A stretch of 59,507 nucleotides of DNA from an uncultured Bdellovibrionales bacterium (GTDB lineage: Bacteria; Bdellovibrionota; Bdellovibrionia; Bdellovibrionales; JAMPXM01), in the NCBI GenBank assembly GCA_937927435.1, contig CALBDW010000143.1:1-59507 (forward strand). Reading direction: 5' to 3'. Positions 46,069-56,901 of the stretch are shown piece after piece. The notes below the pieces were generated by a model that was not told the DNA's origin, made no database searches, and saw only the letters and a program-made list of their open reading frames with translations. Made by a program: the position numbers and the translations under genes. Each line of letters begins with the position of its first letter. Within the stretch, counting starts at the first letter, position 1.

Positions 46069-46692
46069 ATGGAATCTCTCCTGGACGAATCGGCTGAGAA
46101 AGCGACTCTCGGTCCGATTCAATCGGCGCCCTCAAAGGGACGCGATCAATTTGGTTTCTTCGGATGGAGCTTCAAACTCATGACAATCCCCGTATTAATG
46201 CTTTTCGCTGCTTTCGGGCTGACGGGCTGCGAGTGGGGATCGATCGGCTACAACAAGAACTACGCCCCTGAACAGCCGATCCCGTTCTCGCACGAGTTGC
46301 ATGCCGGCACATACCAAATCCAGTGCCTTTACTGCCATTCGGGTGTTGAACGCTCGGCTCATTCGCCGGTTCCGTCCCTCAACATCTGCATGAACTGCCA
46401 TCTCGTGGTCGCAACGGATAAGCCGGCGATCCAGAAGCTGGCTGACGCCTACAACAATAATCAGCCCATCCCCTGGGTGAAGGTGCACATGTTGCCCGAC
46501 CACGTGAAGTTCAATCACAAAGCTCACGTGGATCGCTTCGGCGCGCCTCAGGCTTGCCAGAAGTGCCACGGCCCCGTGGAGTCGATGGAGACGCTTTATC
46601 AGTATTCATCGTTGTCCATGGGCTGGTGCGTGGAATGCCATCGCCAACCTGAGAACCAGGCGCCCGTGAATTGCTCGACTTGTCATTATTGA
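46069..46692 (+). CDS. actA: Alternative complex III pentaheme cytochrome c ActA
   Basis: Five CxxCH motifs (CLYCH, CMNCH, CQKCH, CVECH, CSTCH); PEQPIPFSHELH; SD GAGGAG. Confidence 0.93.
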   Translation: MESLLDESAEKATLGPIQSAPSKGRDQFGFFGWSFKLMTIPVLMLFAAFGLTGCEWGSIGYNKNYAPEQPIPFSHELHAGTYQIQCLYCHSGVERSAHSPVPSLNICMNCHLVVATDKPAIQKLADAYNNNQPIPWVKVHMLPDHVKFNHKAHVDRFGAPQACQKCHGPVESMETLYQYSSLSMGWCVECHRQPENQAPVNCSTCHY

Positions 46693-46731
46693 TGGCATCG
46701 AACCAATGTCTCTCTGGAGCGGACTCTGAAT

Positions 46732-49700
46732 ATGATGAACGATCAAAAGCAAACCCAAGCTAAAAATGGTCCCGAGTTCTGGCTGAGCCTTGAGCAGTAC
46801 TATGGCGATGCCGAATTCGCCAAACGTGCTGAAAATGAGTTCCTCTCGTCGCCTTTGTCTTCAGAAGACGGCAAGGACGGTCTGGCGCGCCGGGAATTCC
46901 TGAAGCTCATGGGCGCCAGCATTGCCATGGCGACCACGGCTTGTGTGCGCCGCCCGGTTCAACACATCATTCCGTACGCCCAAGCTCCCAAAGGTTACAC
47001 TGCGGGCGTGCCTGATTTTTATGCAAGCACCTGGTTTGACGGAGTAGAGGGTTACGGGCTTCTTGTAAAAACCCTTGAAGGGCGTCCGATTAAGCTTGAA
47101 GGTAACCCCAAACATCCGATGAACGCGGGCAGCCTTGTCGCCCGCACGCACGCCGAGGTTCTGGCTCTCTACGATCCGGATCGGCTGCGGAATCCCGTCC
47201 GCAACTTGCTGAACAAAGAACGGACGAACCGCGAGGCGGTTCGCACGAATTGGCAAGATGCCGACGCGAAAATCGTCGAAGAACTGAAAAACGGCGGTGT
47301 CGCGATCCTTTCGTCGACGCTGCCTTCGCCGTCGGCTCGCGCGATGATCGAAGATTTCCGTCGCGCTTACGGCGCTCGCTGGGTTCAATACGACTCGCTC
47401 CCGGTCGATGCCGTTGTCGAAGGGCAACGCCGTTCATATGGCAAAGCCGTCATGCCCCGCTACCGCATCGATCAGGCGAAAATGATCGTCTCAATCGATG
47501 CCGACTTCTTGGGTACATATCTTTCGCCGGCTGAGTTTATGCAGCAGTGGAAGAAGATTCGCAAGCCCGGACCGGACATGGCCCGTCTCGTGGTTTTCGA
47601 ATCGACGGCTTCGCTGACCGGCTTCAACGCGGACGACCGCATTCGCATCAAGCCGTCGCAGCAACTTGATGTCGTCGTGGCGTTGATTCAATCGGTGGTG
47701 AACGCATCGAAAGGCGCGTTGTCTCTTCCGGCCGCTGTTCGTCCGCTCGTGAAAGCGGATGCGGCCGCCGGCTTGGGCATGAAGCCTGAACTTCTTGTGA
47801 AAATCGGTGAGGAGCTTTGGGCGAATCGCGGAAAAGGCTTGGTGATCGCCGGCGGTCTTCCGACGGCGGACGCGGTTGAAGTGCAAATCGCCGTCAACCT
47901 GTTGAACTCGCTCCTCGGGAATGATGGGCGCACGATCGATTACGACGGCGTGACATTGCAAACCCGCCAAGGTTCGGCGGCGGAACTCGCGAAGCTTATC
48001 GCCGATATGAATGCGGGTTCGATCAAAACTTTGATCATTCACAACCTGAACCCGGTTTACGTTTTGCCGCCGGATGCGGGGTTCGTGGAAGCGATGAAGA
48101 AAGTGAACCTCGTCGTGTACACCGGAAACCGCAACGACGAGACCGGCAAGTTTGCGCACTACGTTCTCCCGGCCGGCACGTCGCTTGAAAACTGGGGCGA
48201 TTACGAACTCGAAACCGGCGTCTTCAGTATCCAACAACCGACGATCCGTCCGCTGCATGATTCGCGAGGCTTCGAAGAGTCGCTGCTTGTTTGGACGAAA
48301 CAGGCGACGAACGCTCCCGCGCGCGTGAAAGCGGCGAACGATTGGCACGAATACGTACGCGGCGTGTGGAGATCCGACATCTATCCGAAGGCGAGCGAAG
48401 GCCGGGGTAAGTCGTTCGACGACTTCTGGATCACTGTTCTTCAACAGGGCGTGATTCAAATCGGCGACCGCCGTGATCGGATGAGCGCAAGCCGCACGTT
48501 CCAGGGCACGATTTCGCCGTCCCGCGCGAACTCGGGCGGTTACGAGATCTCGCTCTATTCGACGCCGCAGCTTGCGGACGGCCGTTACGCGAACGTTTCG
48601 TGGCTGCAAGAGCTTCCGGATCCCGTGACGAAAATCGTTTGGGACAACTACGTCATGGTGAGCCCGGCGACCGCCCGCAAAGAGAAGTTAAACGAAGGCG
48701 ATAAGATCGATATCACGGTCGGCTCCAAAACGATCCGGCTGCCGGTTCACATCCAGCCAGGCCTCCACGATGAAGTTTTGAGTATCGCGGTCGGCTACGG
48801 CCGTCACGAGGCGGGCAAAGTCGCTAAGGGCATCGGGGTGAACGCGTTTGAACTGGCGACCTTCGCGAACGGTAAGGTTCAGTTCTCGGGCCTTCCGGCG
48901 ATGTTCAAGAAAACGGGCGAGAAGTACGATCTCGTGACGACTCAAGGCCACCACTCCATGGAAGGCCGTCAGATCGTCATTGAGACGACGAACGCCGCTT
49001 ATCAGAAGAATCCTGAATCCGGTATCCATCGTCATCACGTGTTCTCCATCTGGCCGGAGCACCAATACACGAAGCACCGTTGGGCGATGGCGATCGACCT
49101 CAACGTGTGCACGGGCTGCTCCGCATGTGTGATCGCGTGCCAGGCCGAAAATAATATCCCGGTTGTCGGCAAGCGCTACGTGATGGAAGGCCGCGAGATG
49201 CATTGGATCCGTATCGACCGCTACTACAAAGGCGCTCCCGAAGAGCCCGAAGCGGTTTTCCAACCCGTGCTTTGCCAACATTGCGAAAATGCGCCGTGTG
49301 AAACGGTTTGCCCGGTTCTTGCGACAGTTCACAGCGATGAAGGCTTGAACGACATGGTTTACAACCGGTGCGTCGGAACCCGTTATTGCGCGAACAACTG
49401 TCCGTACAAAGTTCGCCGCTTCAACTGGTTTAACTACACGAAGAAAATCGAGTCTCCGTTGCACATGGCTCTCAACCCGGATGTCACGGTCCGCACTCGC
49501 GGTGTGATGGAGAAGTGCACGTTCTGCGTCCAACGCATCCGTAGCGTCACCACCGGGATTGGCAAGGAAGGCAAACCTGAACGCGTCGCGGATGGTGAAA
49601 TCCAAACGGCATGCGAGCAAACGTGCCCGACGAACGCGATCGTCTTCGGCGATCTCAACGATCCCGAATCGAGAGTGCGTAAGCTCTTTGAAGAGAGACG

Positions 49701-49851
49701 CGCATATCGCTTGCTCGAAGAGGTCAACACGCAGCCGCGCGTTCGTTATTTGAGTCGCGTGCGCAACGCGGAACGGGACGCTTCTCACGGAGAAGGGTCT
49801 CACCATGGACAGAAGGTGAATGATCATCAAGCGGAAGGTATGCAGGTATGA
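46732..49851 (+). CDS. actB: Alternative complex III ActB (molybdopterin-oxidoreductase-like plus Fe-S domain)
   Basis: FWLSLEQ, Tat motif RREFLK followed by Cys; [14 protein letters not shown]; four Fe-S Cys groups including [12 protein letters not shown]. Confidence 0.96.
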   Translation: MMNDQKQTQAKNGPEFWLSLEQYYGDAEFAKRAENEFLSSPLSSEDGKDGLARREFLKLMGASIAMATTACVRRPVQHIIPYAQAPKGYTAGVPDFYASTWFDGVEGYGLLVKTLEGRPIKLEGNPKHPMNAGSLVARTHAEVLALYDPDRLRNPVRNLLNKERTNREAVRTNWQDADAKIVEELKNGGVAILSSTLPSPSARAMIEDFRRAYGARWVQYDSLPVDAVVEGQRRSYGKAVMPRYRIDQAKMIVSIDADFLGTYLSPAEFMQQWKKIRKPGPDMARLVVFESTASLTGFNADDRIRIKPSQQLDVVVALIQSVVNASKGALSLPAAVRPLVKADAAAGLGMKPELLVKIGEELWANRGKGLVIAGGLPTADAVEVQIAVNLLNSLLGNDGRTIDYDGVTLQTRQGSAAELAKLIADMNAGSIKTLIIHNLNPVYVLPPDAGFVEAMKKVNLVVYTGNRNDETGKFAHYVLPAGTSLENWGDYELETGVFSIQQPTIRPLHDSRGFEESLLVWTKQATNAPARVKAANDWHEYVRGVWRSDIYPKASEGRGKSFDDFWITVLQQGVIQIGDRRDRMSASRTFQGTISPSRANSGGYEISLYSTPQLADGRYANVSWLQELPDPVTKIVWDNYVMVSPATARKEKLNEGDKIDITVGSKTIRLPVHIQPGLHDEVLSIAVGYGRHEAGKVAKGIGVNAFELATFANGKVQFSGLPAMFKKTGEKYDLVTTQGHHSMEGRQIVIETTNAAYQKNPESGIHRHHVFSIWPEHQYTKHRWAMAIDLNVCTGCSACVIACQAENNIPVVGKRYVMEGREMHWIRIDRYYKGAPEEPEAVFQPVLCQHCENAPCETVCPVLATVHSDEGLNDMVYNRCVGTRYCANNCPYKVRRFNWFNYTKKIESPLHMALNPDVTVRTRGVMEKCTFCVQRIRSVTTGIGKEGKPERVADGEIQTACEQTCPTNAIVFGDLNDPESRVRKLFEERRAYRLLEEVNTQPRVRYLSRVRNAERDASHGEGSHHGQKVNDHQAEGMQV

Positions 49852-51212
49852 GTCAGGTCTCAAGGCGGCCCCTGATTCTGGGCGAGAAAACCTATAAGGA
49901 TATTACGGACGATATTTGTAGTCCGGTTGAGTCGTTCCCGACCAAACGATGGTTCGCGCTTTTCTTCGGCGCGAAAGCGTTGTTCATCTTCTACATTATC
50001 CACGTGGCGATTATCGTCAGTGTGGGGATGGGTCTTCTCGGCGTGAACAGCCCGGTGGCCTGGGGAACGATGATCGTGACCTTCGTCTTCTGGATCGGTA
50101 TCGGTCACGCCGGCACGCTGATTTCGGCGATCCTTTACCTTTTCCGGCAGAAGTGGAGGACGTCGATCGCCCGTTCCGCGGAAGCTATGACGGTCTTCGC
50201 GGTCATGACGGCCGGTATCTTCCCTCTCATTCACACGGGTCGTCCGTGGCTTGACTACTGGCTGCTGCCTTATCCGAACCAACGTGGCCCCATTTGGGTG
50301 AACTTCCGCTCGCCGCTCTTGTGGGACGTCTTTGCGGTTTCGACGTACGCGACGGTGTCGGCTGTTTTCTGGTACGTCGGTATGATTCCCGATTTGGCGA
50401 CCCTTCGTGACCGCGCAAAAACGAAAATCCGCCGGTTGATTTACGGCGCGTTGAGCTTGGGCTGGCGCGGTTCGGCTCGCGATTGGAGCCATTATGAAAT
50501 GACCTACATGCTACTCGCGGCTCTTTCGACTCCGCTCGTTTTGTCGGTTCACACGATCGTCTCGTTCGACTTCGCGGTTTCGAACTTGCCCGGTTGGCAT
50601 ACGACGATCTTCCCGCCGTACTTCGTCGCCGGTGCTATCTTCTCCGGCTTCGGTATGGTGGTCACGTTGCTGACACTGGTCCGTATCGGTTTCCCGAAAT
50701 TCAAGGACTACATCACGCTCGACCACATGGAAGCCATGAACAAGATCATCATGGCGACCGGTTTGATGGTTGGTTATGCGTACGGTTCCGAGTTCTTCAT
50801 CGCGTGGTATTCGGGTAACCCGTTCGAACAGTACACCTTCATTAACCGCGCGTTCGGTCCGTACTGGTGGTCGTACTGGATCATGATCACCTGCAACGTG
50901 ATCATCCCGCAGGTCTTCTGGTTCAAGAAGTTCCGCCGTTCGATCCCGGTGATGTTCGTAGTTTCGATTTTCGTGAACATCGGGATGTGGTTCGAGCGTT
51001 TCGTGATCGCGGTGACTTCGCTCCATCGTGACTTCTTGCCTTCGAGCTGGGGTATGTACGCTTGGTCTTGGTTCGACACGGCGGTCTTGATGGGTAGCTT
51101 TGGTATGTTCCTCACGATCTTCCTTCTTTACCTGCGCGTGATCCCGGCGATTTCGATCGCCGAAGTGAAGCCTGTCTTGCACGTGGGTAAAACAGCGAAA
51201 GGTGGGCACTGA
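49848..51212 (+). CDS. actC: Alternative complex III ActC (NrfD/PsrC quinol-binding subunit)
   Basis: [49 protein letters not shown]. Confidence 0.97.
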   Translation: MSQVSRRPLILGEKTYKDITDDICSPVESFPTKRWFALFFGAKALFIFYIIHVAIIVSVGMGLLGVNSPVAWGTMIVTFVFWIGIGHAGTLISAILYLFRQKWRTSIARSAEAMTVFAVMTAGIFPLIHTGRPWLDYWLLPYPNQRGPIWVNFRSPLLWDVFAVSTYATVSAVFWYVGMIPDLATLRDRAKTKIRRLIYGALSLGWRGSARDWSHYEMTYMLLAALSTPLVLSVHTIVSFDFAVSNLPGWHTTIFPPYFVAGAIFSGFGMVVTLLTLVRIGFPKFKDYITLDHMEAMNKIIMATGLMVGYAYGSEFFIAWYSGNPFEQYTFINRAFGPYWWSYWIMITCNVIIPQVFWFKKFRRSIPVMFVVSIFVNIGMWFERFVIAVTSLHRDFLPSSWGMYAWSWFDTAVLMGSFGMFLTIFLLYLRVIPAISIAEVKPVLHVGKTAKGGH

Positions 51213-51214
51213 AA

Positions 51215-51739
51215 ATGGCGAAGCGAGTAAGCGGTGTCGTAGGTATTTGGTACGACGATTTCGAATTGGTCGAGGCCGCGCGCAAAGTGCGTGAGGCCGG
51301 GTACAAGAAATTCGACGCCATTACGCCGTTCCCGGTCCACGGGCTCGAAGAGGCGATCGGTATTCAGCGCTCGAAAATTCCGTGGGTGACGCTCATCATG
51401 GGAACCACGGGACTCTTGAGCGGCTTGGCCCTCACGTATTGGACGTCGGCCGTCGATTGGCCGATCAACGTGGGTGGTAAGCCGTTCTTCTCGGGTCCGG
51501 CGTTCGTTCCGGTTATGTTCGAGCTGACGATCTTGTTCGCCGCTCTTTCATCGGTGATCGCGTTGTTTGCGTTCTGCGGGCTTCCGAAAGTCGATCCGCC
51601 GATCATTGATCCCGATTTGACGAGCCACAAGTTCGCGATCTTCATTCCGTCAACCGAAGAAAACTATGATACCGGAAGAGCCGAGCAATTGCTCAGACAG
51701 GTCGGCGCGAAAGAAGTCCGTCATATTTCGGAGTATTGA
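51215..51739 (+). CDS. actD: Alternative complex III ActD (DUF3341-like)
   Basis: DAITPFPVHGLEEA, DWPINVGGKP, FELTILF. Confidence 0.95.
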   Translation: MAKRVSGVVGIWYDDFELVEAARKVREAGYKKFDAITPFPVHGLEEAIGIQRSKIPWVTLIMGTTGLLSGLALTYWTSAVDWPINVGGKPFFSGPAFVPVMFELTILFAALSSVIALFAFCGLPKVDPPIIDPDLTSHKFAIFIPSTEENYDTGRAEQLLRQVGAKEVRHISEY

Positions 51740-51741
51740 GA

Positions 51742-52347
51742 ATGATGCAGAAGATGAGCTTCCGACAGTTGATTGCGACGTTGTTGCCGGTGGCGGTGCT
51801 TTCCGGTTGTACGGGTGATGGCCTGCGGAAGGAGCCGAACGTCGAATTGATTCAAGACATGATGGAACAGCCGGCGCTCAAGCCGCAGGATTTCCATCCT
51901 GACGAGCGTACGAAACCGGCTGTGCGCTTGCCTCCGGAAGGAACGGTCCCAATCGGGGCCAAGCCTTATCCGTATCATCTTAATCCTGAAGCGGCCGAGG
52001 CAAACCTCAAAAACCCGTTTGCAGGTAATATGAGCCCTGAGCTTCTCAAGATCGGCCGGCAGAAATACGACACGTATTGCGCTGTTTGCCACGGGTACGA
52101 GGGCAGGGGAGACGGTCCGGTCGCGCCGAAGATGGCTTTGAAACCGCCGACTTTGCTATCGGATAAGGTCATCAATTTTAAAGACGCGCGGATTTTCCAC
52201 ATCATCACGGACGGTCAGGGTGTGATGGCGAGTTACGCCTACCAAATCGTAGATGAGAACGATCGTTGGGCGATCGTGAACTATATCCGCAGCCTGCAGA
52301 AGCTTGGTAAAAGCACCGCGGCCGCGGACACCGGAAAAGCGAATTGA
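51742..52347 (+). CDS. actE: Alternative complex III ActE monoheme cytochrome c lipoprotein
   Basis: Lipobox LSGC, DMMEQP, single CAVCH, RWAIVNYIRSLQ. Confidence 0.93.
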   Translation: MMQKMSFRQLIATLLPVAVLSGCTGDGLRKEPNVELIQDMMEQPALKPQDFHPDERTKPAVRLPPEGTVPIGAKPYPYHLNPEAAEANLKNPFAGNMSPELLKIGRQKYDTYCAVCHGYEGRGDGPVAPKMALKPPTLLSDKVINFKDARIFHIITDGQGVMASYAYQIVDENDRWAIVNYIRSLQKLGKSTAAADTGKAN

Positions 52348-52384
52348 GAATTTGAATTAGTTTGTTAAAGGGGAAACGGATTCC

Positions 52385-53611
52385 ATGGCTCAATTACACG
52401 CAGTCACCGCACATCCGAAGCCGGGAAAATATTCGGCGAGCATGCGGACCAGAACGATTTACGCGGCCTCAATGGCGGTCGGATTGATCGGCCTTCTGGC
52501 GGCGTTTTACGTCGATAAGAGCCGCGCATGGCACTCGTATCTGACAAGCTTCTTCATGTTTACGAGCCTCGCTCTGGGAGGGATTTTCTTCGCGGCGATC
52601 CAGCACATCTCCAAGGCGGGATGGAGCGTGACCGTCCGTCGTTTGGCCGAGGCGATGACGAGCTTCTTGCCGATGGCGGCGGTCGGCGCCGTGGTTTTGC
52701 TTTTCGGAGCGAAAAATCTGTACATCTGGTTGGATCCTGAGATCGTTTCGCAAGACGCGATTTTGCGCGGCAAGACTGGTTATCTTAATATGCCGTTTTT
52801 TGTGATCCGCACGATCGTGTTCTTCGCGGGATGGCTGCTGTTTACGCGCCTGATTGTGGGGCACTCGCTGAAACAGGATGAGGACGGCGACGAGTCGCAT
52901 ACAGTGAAGAACGTCGGGCTTTCAGTCGGCTTCCTACTCTTCCTGGCTCTGTCATACTCGTTCTTCTCGGTCGACTTCCTGATGAGTTTGGCTCCCCACT
53001 GGTATTCGACGATCTGGGGCGTTTACTGCTTTGCGGGTCTCGCGCAATCGAGCTTCGCGTTCCTCTGCATCTTATCGGTCGCGATGATGAAGCGGGGGCT
53101 TGTGCGGGGCTTGGTGACGGAAGAGCACCTTCACGATCTGGGCAAATTCCTGCTCGGTTTTACGGTTTTCTACGCCTACATCGGGTTCAGCCAGTTCCTC
53201 TTGATCTGGTACGCGAACCTCCCGGAAGAAACAATCTTCTATCTCTCGCGTTCGACTGGCGGCTGGATGGAGGCGACTTTCGCGCTCTTGGTCTTTAAGT
53301 TCATTGTGCCGTTTGTTCTCCTGTTGCCGAAAGCGGCCAAACGGACGCCGGCGCACTTAGTGCTCGTTTCGACGTTGATTATCGTCATGCAATACTTCGA
53401 CGTGCACTGGATGGTCTATCCGAACTTGGTCGGAGGAAATGTCGAGAAATACGGCGGCCAGTGGATCTTCGGTTGGCCTGAAATTTCCGCGATCCTTCTC
53501 TTCGGTGGACTCTTCCTGTGGAGCGTGACGAACTTCCTGAGCCGTCATTCGCTCGTGCCGGTGAAAGACCCGCGTATCGAAGAGGCGATTCACCATCACG
53601 TCACATATTGA
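52385..53611 (+). CDS. actF: Alternative complex III ActF membrane subunit
   Basis: About 10 TMs; WSVTVRRLAE, MSLAPHWYSTIWG, HDLGKFL, SQFLLIWYANLPEE. Confidence 0.95.
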   Translation: MAQLHAVTAHPKPGKYSASMRTRTIYAASMAVGLIGLLAAFYVDKSRAWHSYLTSFFMFTSLALGGIFFAAIQHISKAGWSVTVRRLAEAMTSFLPMAAVGAVVLLFGAKNLYIWLDPEIVSQDAILRGKTGYLNMPFFVIRTIVFFAGWLLFTRLIVGHSLKQDEDGDESHTVKNVGLSVGFLLFLALSYSFFSVDFLMSLAPHWYSTIWGVYCFAGLAQSSFAFLCILSVAMMKRGLVRGLVTEEHLHDLGKFLLGFTVFYAYIGFSQFLLIWYANLPEETIFYLSRSTGGWMEATFALLVFKFIVPFVLLLPKAAKRTPAHLVLVSTLIIVMQYFDVHWMVYPNLVGGNVEKYGGQWIFGWPEISAILLFGGLFLWSVTNFLSRHSLVPVKDPRIEEAIHHHVTY

Positions 53612-53631
53612 TCCGAGAAGGCCTTCTGGCT

Positions 53632-53657
53632 GGGAACTTGTCGTGCGACAAGTTCCC
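53632..53657. repeat. Perfect 12-bp inverted repeat downstream of actF
   Basis: GGGAACTTGTCG-TG-CGACAAGTTCCC. Confidence 0.85.
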
Positions 53658-53734
53658 CCTCTGGAGTGACTCAGGGTCACATAATGCGTTGCAAAGATCA
53701 CCCCTATTGTTTATAGTGGCTTCAGGAGTGTGAC

Positions 53735-53763
53735 TTGCCATTCCTGAGCTTTCCCGATAGGTT
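53735..53763 (+). promoter_or_regulatory. Candidate sigma70 promoter for thrS-infC
   Basis: TTGCCA-N17-TAGGTT. Confidence 0.55.
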
Positions 53764-53849
53764 CTTTAGCCTGATATGAATTTCAAACTGATCCAAAAAC
53801 TGATCTGTCGCCGGTCGAGTCTTCTTCCCGACATGGGTCGTCGAATCCA

Positions 53850-55862
53850 ATGACGTCTGTAAAAATCATTTTACCTGATAACTCCGTCCTAGAGTTTCCC
53901 GAAGAGCCCACCGTGATGGATGTTGCAAGTCGCATCGGTCCGGGGCTCGCTAAGGCCACATTGGGCGCGAAGCTCAATGGTGGAAGCGAAATTATCGACT
54001 TCCGCACGAAGCTCAAAGACGGCACGCGACTTGAGATCGTGACGACCAAGAACCCGGAAGGACTCGAAGTTTTGCGCCATTCGGCCGCGCACGTGATGGC
54101 GCAGGCGGTGCAGGAACTTTGGCCGGACGTGAAAGTTACGATCGGTCCGGTGATCGAAAATGGCTTTTATTACGATTTTGATTCCCCGCGGCCGTTTACG
54201 CCCGAAGATCTCGAGAAAATCGAAAAACGGATGAACGAGATCATTGCGCGTAATCTCCCGATCGTCCGTGAAGATTGGGACGCGGATCGCGCCATCGAGA
54301 CCTTTGTGAAGATGGGCGAGATCTACAAGAAAGAGATCATCGAGGAACTGAAGACGAAAGGCGAAAAAACGGTCGGCATCTATAAGCAAGGGGATTGGTT
54401 CGACCTTTGTCGTGGGCCTCACGTGCAGTCGACCGGACAAATCAAGGCCGTGAAGGTTCTCTCGCTCGCGGGCGCATACTGGCGTGGAGACGAGAAGCGC
54501 CAGCAGCTTCAGCGTATTTACGCGACGGCCTTCGCTGACAAGAAAGATCTCGAGGCTTATCTCAGGCGTCTCGAAGAAGCGAAAAAACGCGACCACCGCA
54601 AGATCGGGAAGGAATTGGGGCTTTTCCACTTCCATAACTATGCGCCCGGCGCGCCGTTTTTCACGGGTAAGGGTTCGGTGATCTATAACCAGCTCGTGAA
54701 CTTCATCCGCGAGATGTATCACGAGACGGGGTATGAGGAGGTCATTACCCCGCAAGTGTACAACGTCGAGCTTTATAAAACCTCCGGACACTACGAGAAC
54801 TACCGCGAGAACATGTACTTCACGCAGGTGGTGGACAAGGATGATGTCGAATCGAGCTTGAAGCCGATGAATTGTCCCGGTCACTGCCTGATGTTTGCGG
54901 CTGAAAGACACTCTTATCGGGAGCTTCCGATCCGCCTTGCGGACTTCGGGCGCTTGCATCGCTATGAGCGTTCAGGCGTCATGCACGGGCTGACGCGCGT
55001 GCGGTCGTTCTGCCAGGATGACGCCCATATTTTCTGTACGCCGGATCAAATGCAGAACGAGATCCGCGATTTCATGGCGATGGCCGACCGCGTGTACAAG
55101 AAGCTCGGCATGCCGAACTTTAAAGTCTTCGTCGCGACCCGTCCGGAAAAACGCATGGGTTCCGACGAAATTTGGGATAAGGCCGAAAACGCTTTGAAAG
55201 ACGGTCTTACCGCGCTGGGAATTCCATTTGAAATCAGCCCCGGGGAAGGGGCGTTCTACGGTCCCAAGGTTGAAATCCATTTCGTCGATGCGATCGGCCG
55301 GAGCTGGCAGCTCGGAACGATCCAGGTCGATTTCAACATGCCGGAGAACTTCGGTCTCGAATACATCGGCGAAGACAACGCGCCTCACAGGCCGGTGATG
55401 CTCCATCGCGCGATTTTGGGATCGCTCGAGCGCTTCATTGGAATTTACATCGAGCATTGTGCCGGACATTTCCCGACGTGGCTGGCACCGGTGCAAGTGG
55501 CGATCCTGAATGTGACCGAGAGACAGAACGCATACTGCGAGGAGCTCCTCAAGGAACTCCGTTCGCTCGGCGTGCGCGCGCAATGGGATTCGCGCAACGA
55601 GAAGCTTGGGTTTAAGATCCGCGAAGCGCAATTGATGAAGATTCCGTACATGCTCATCATCGGCGACGCCGAGGTCGAGCAAAGGACGCTGAGTGTGCGT
55701 CTCAGAGACGGCCAGAACATTAACGGCCTCTCGGGCGCGGATTTCATGAATGCGTTGATGAAAGAAATCCGTGAGCGGGAGCTCACGAGCCTTCTTGCGA
55801 AAAAAGAAGACGCGCAAGGGGGAGATCAGAAAGCAAACATAAACCAGGAGGCGAGCAATTAG
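53850..55862 (+). CDS. thrS: Threonine--tRNA ligase
   Basis: TGS domain, RHSAAHVMAQAV, DLCRGPHV, RDHRKIG, KPMNCPGH, GTIQVDF, HRAILGSLERF. Confidence 0.99.
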   Translation: MTSVKIILPDNSVLEFPEEPTVMDVASRIGPGLAKATLGAKLNGGSEIIDFRTKLKDGTRLEIVTTKNPEGLEVLRHSAAHVMAQAVQELWPDVKVTIGPVIENGFYYDFDSPRPFTPEDLEKIEKRMNEIIARNLPIVREDWDADRAIETFVKMGEIYKKEIIEELKTKGEKTVGIYKQGDWFDLCRGPHVQSTGQIKAVKVLSLAGAYWRGDEKRQQLQRIYATAFADKKDLEAYLRRLEEAKKRDHRKIGKELGLFHFHNYAPGAPFFTGKGSVIYNQLVNFIREMYHETGYEEVITPQVYNVELYKTSGHYENYRENMYFTQVVDKDDVESSLKPMNCPGHCLMFAAERHSYRELPIRLADFGRLHRYERSGVMHGLTRVRSFCQDDAHIFCTPDQMQNEIRDFMAMADRVYKKLGMPNFKVFVATRPEKRMGSDEIWDKAENALKDGLTALGIPFEISPGEGAFYGPKVEIHFVDAIGRSWQLGTIQVDFNMPENFGLEYIGEDNAPHRPVMLHRAILGSLERFIGIYIEHCAGHFPTWLAPVQVAILNVTERQNAYCEELLKELRSLGVRAQWDSRNEKLGFKIREAQLMKIPYMLIIGDAEVEQRTLSVRLRDGQNINGLSGADFMNALMKEIRERELTSLLAKKEDAQGGDQKANINQEASN

Positions 55863-56505
55863 CACTTTCGGAGGCGGCCGACATTTCGGTCGGGGTTTTG
55901 ATCGTGGTGGCAAGCGCGGAGGCCGCGAAGGCCTGCGTGTGAACCGGGAAATTCGTGCACCTGAAGTGCGCGTCATCGACGAGGACGGCACGATGCTGGG
56001 AATCTTTCCGCCCGCGGAAGCCCTTCGGATGGCGGAAGAAAAAGGCCTTGATCTCATTGAGATTGCGCCGATGGCGAAACCGCCGACGTGCAAGATCATG
56101 GATTACGGCAAATACAAATACGAAATGAAGAAGAAGGAGCATGAAGCTCGGAAGAAACAGACGGTTATCACGATTAAAGAAATCCAGCTCAGACCTCGAA
56201 CCGATCAGCACGACTTGGAAGTGAAGATGCGCCATGCCCGCCGCTTCTTGCTCGACGGCGACAAGGTCAAAGTGAACCTCCGTTTCTACGGCCGTGAGAT
56301 GGCGCATCAAGAGCTTGGTCTGGAACTCTTGAAAAAAGTGACCGATGCCCTTCAAGACATCTCCATCATCGAGGTTCAGCCCAAGATGGAAGGCCGTCAG
56401 GTGTTCGTCCTGCTGGCGCCTGATATGGCCAAGATCAAAGAGCTCAAAGAGCAAGAAAAGAACGCCTTAACCGAAAAAGAAGCGGACGGCGAGGCGTCGG
56501 AATAA
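55858..56505 (+). CDS. infC: Translation initiation factor IF-3 (ATT start)
   Basis: AGGAGG (55846-55851) lies 6 nt before in-frame ATT 55858; VNREIRAPEVRVID, CKIMDYGKYKYE, GDKVKV...GREM. Confidence 0.97.
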   Translation: MSTFGGGRHFGRGFDRGGKRGGREGLRVNREIRAPEVRVIDEDGTMLGIFPPAEALRMAEEKGLDLIEIAPMAKPPTCKIMDYGKYKYEMKKKEHEARKKQTVITIKEIQLRPRTDQHDLEVKMRHARRFLLDGDKVKVNLRFYGREMAHQELGLELLKKVTDALQDISIIEVQPKMEGRQVFVLLAPDMAKIKELKEQEKNALTEKEADGEASE

Positions 56506-56533
56506 AAGAACTCGTAAATCGATTCCGCTTTTC

Positions 56534-56583
56534 GAAAGGTGGTGGTCTTTGCGACGAGGAAAGGCTACCACCTTTTCATTTTG
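56534..56583 (+). terminator. Intrinsic terminator after infC
   Basis: 16-bp stem AAAGGTGGTGGTCTTT/AAAGGCTACCACCTTT (2 G-U pairs) followed by TCATTTT. Confidence 0.8.
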
Positions 56584-56691
56584 GGCGATTGCGTCATTCC
56601 TGAACTTTTTGCTTTCGAATCGAGGTCACTTGAGTTGGCAGCGCCGGTGTCGCATACAGCCTGCGTTCTGACGGGTGGAAAAAGGGGGGAG

Positions 56692-56772
56692 ATGTCGGTG
56701 CTGCGCATATTTCTTTTTCTCATTGGTTTGATGGTTTTGCTTCTTTTGCCGGCGGCCTTCCTGCCGAATTAA
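56692..56772 (+). CDS. Putative 26-aa hydrophobic peptide MSVLRIFLFLIGLMVLLLLPAAFLPN
   Basis: Purine-rich SD-like AAAGGGGGGAG directly before ATG 56692; essentially one TM helix. Confidence 0.5.
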   Translation: MSVLRIFLFLIGLMVLLLLPAAFLPN

Positions 56773-56901
56773 AACTTTCGAGGAATCTTAATTATTCCAA
56801 TTAGTTACGCGGTATTCTTTGAATTTCCTTTGGATTCAAATCGGGGTTTCGGCGGGCTTTCAGTTTAAGAGCTAAAGTCGCGACAATTCTTGGAAAATAG
56901 C

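Noticed and set aside
53771-53849. thrS leader with AAACTGATC x2 as a possible tRNA-mimic operator or T-box
   Set aside because: No T-box consensus and no convincing stems with a threonine anticodon-like loop.
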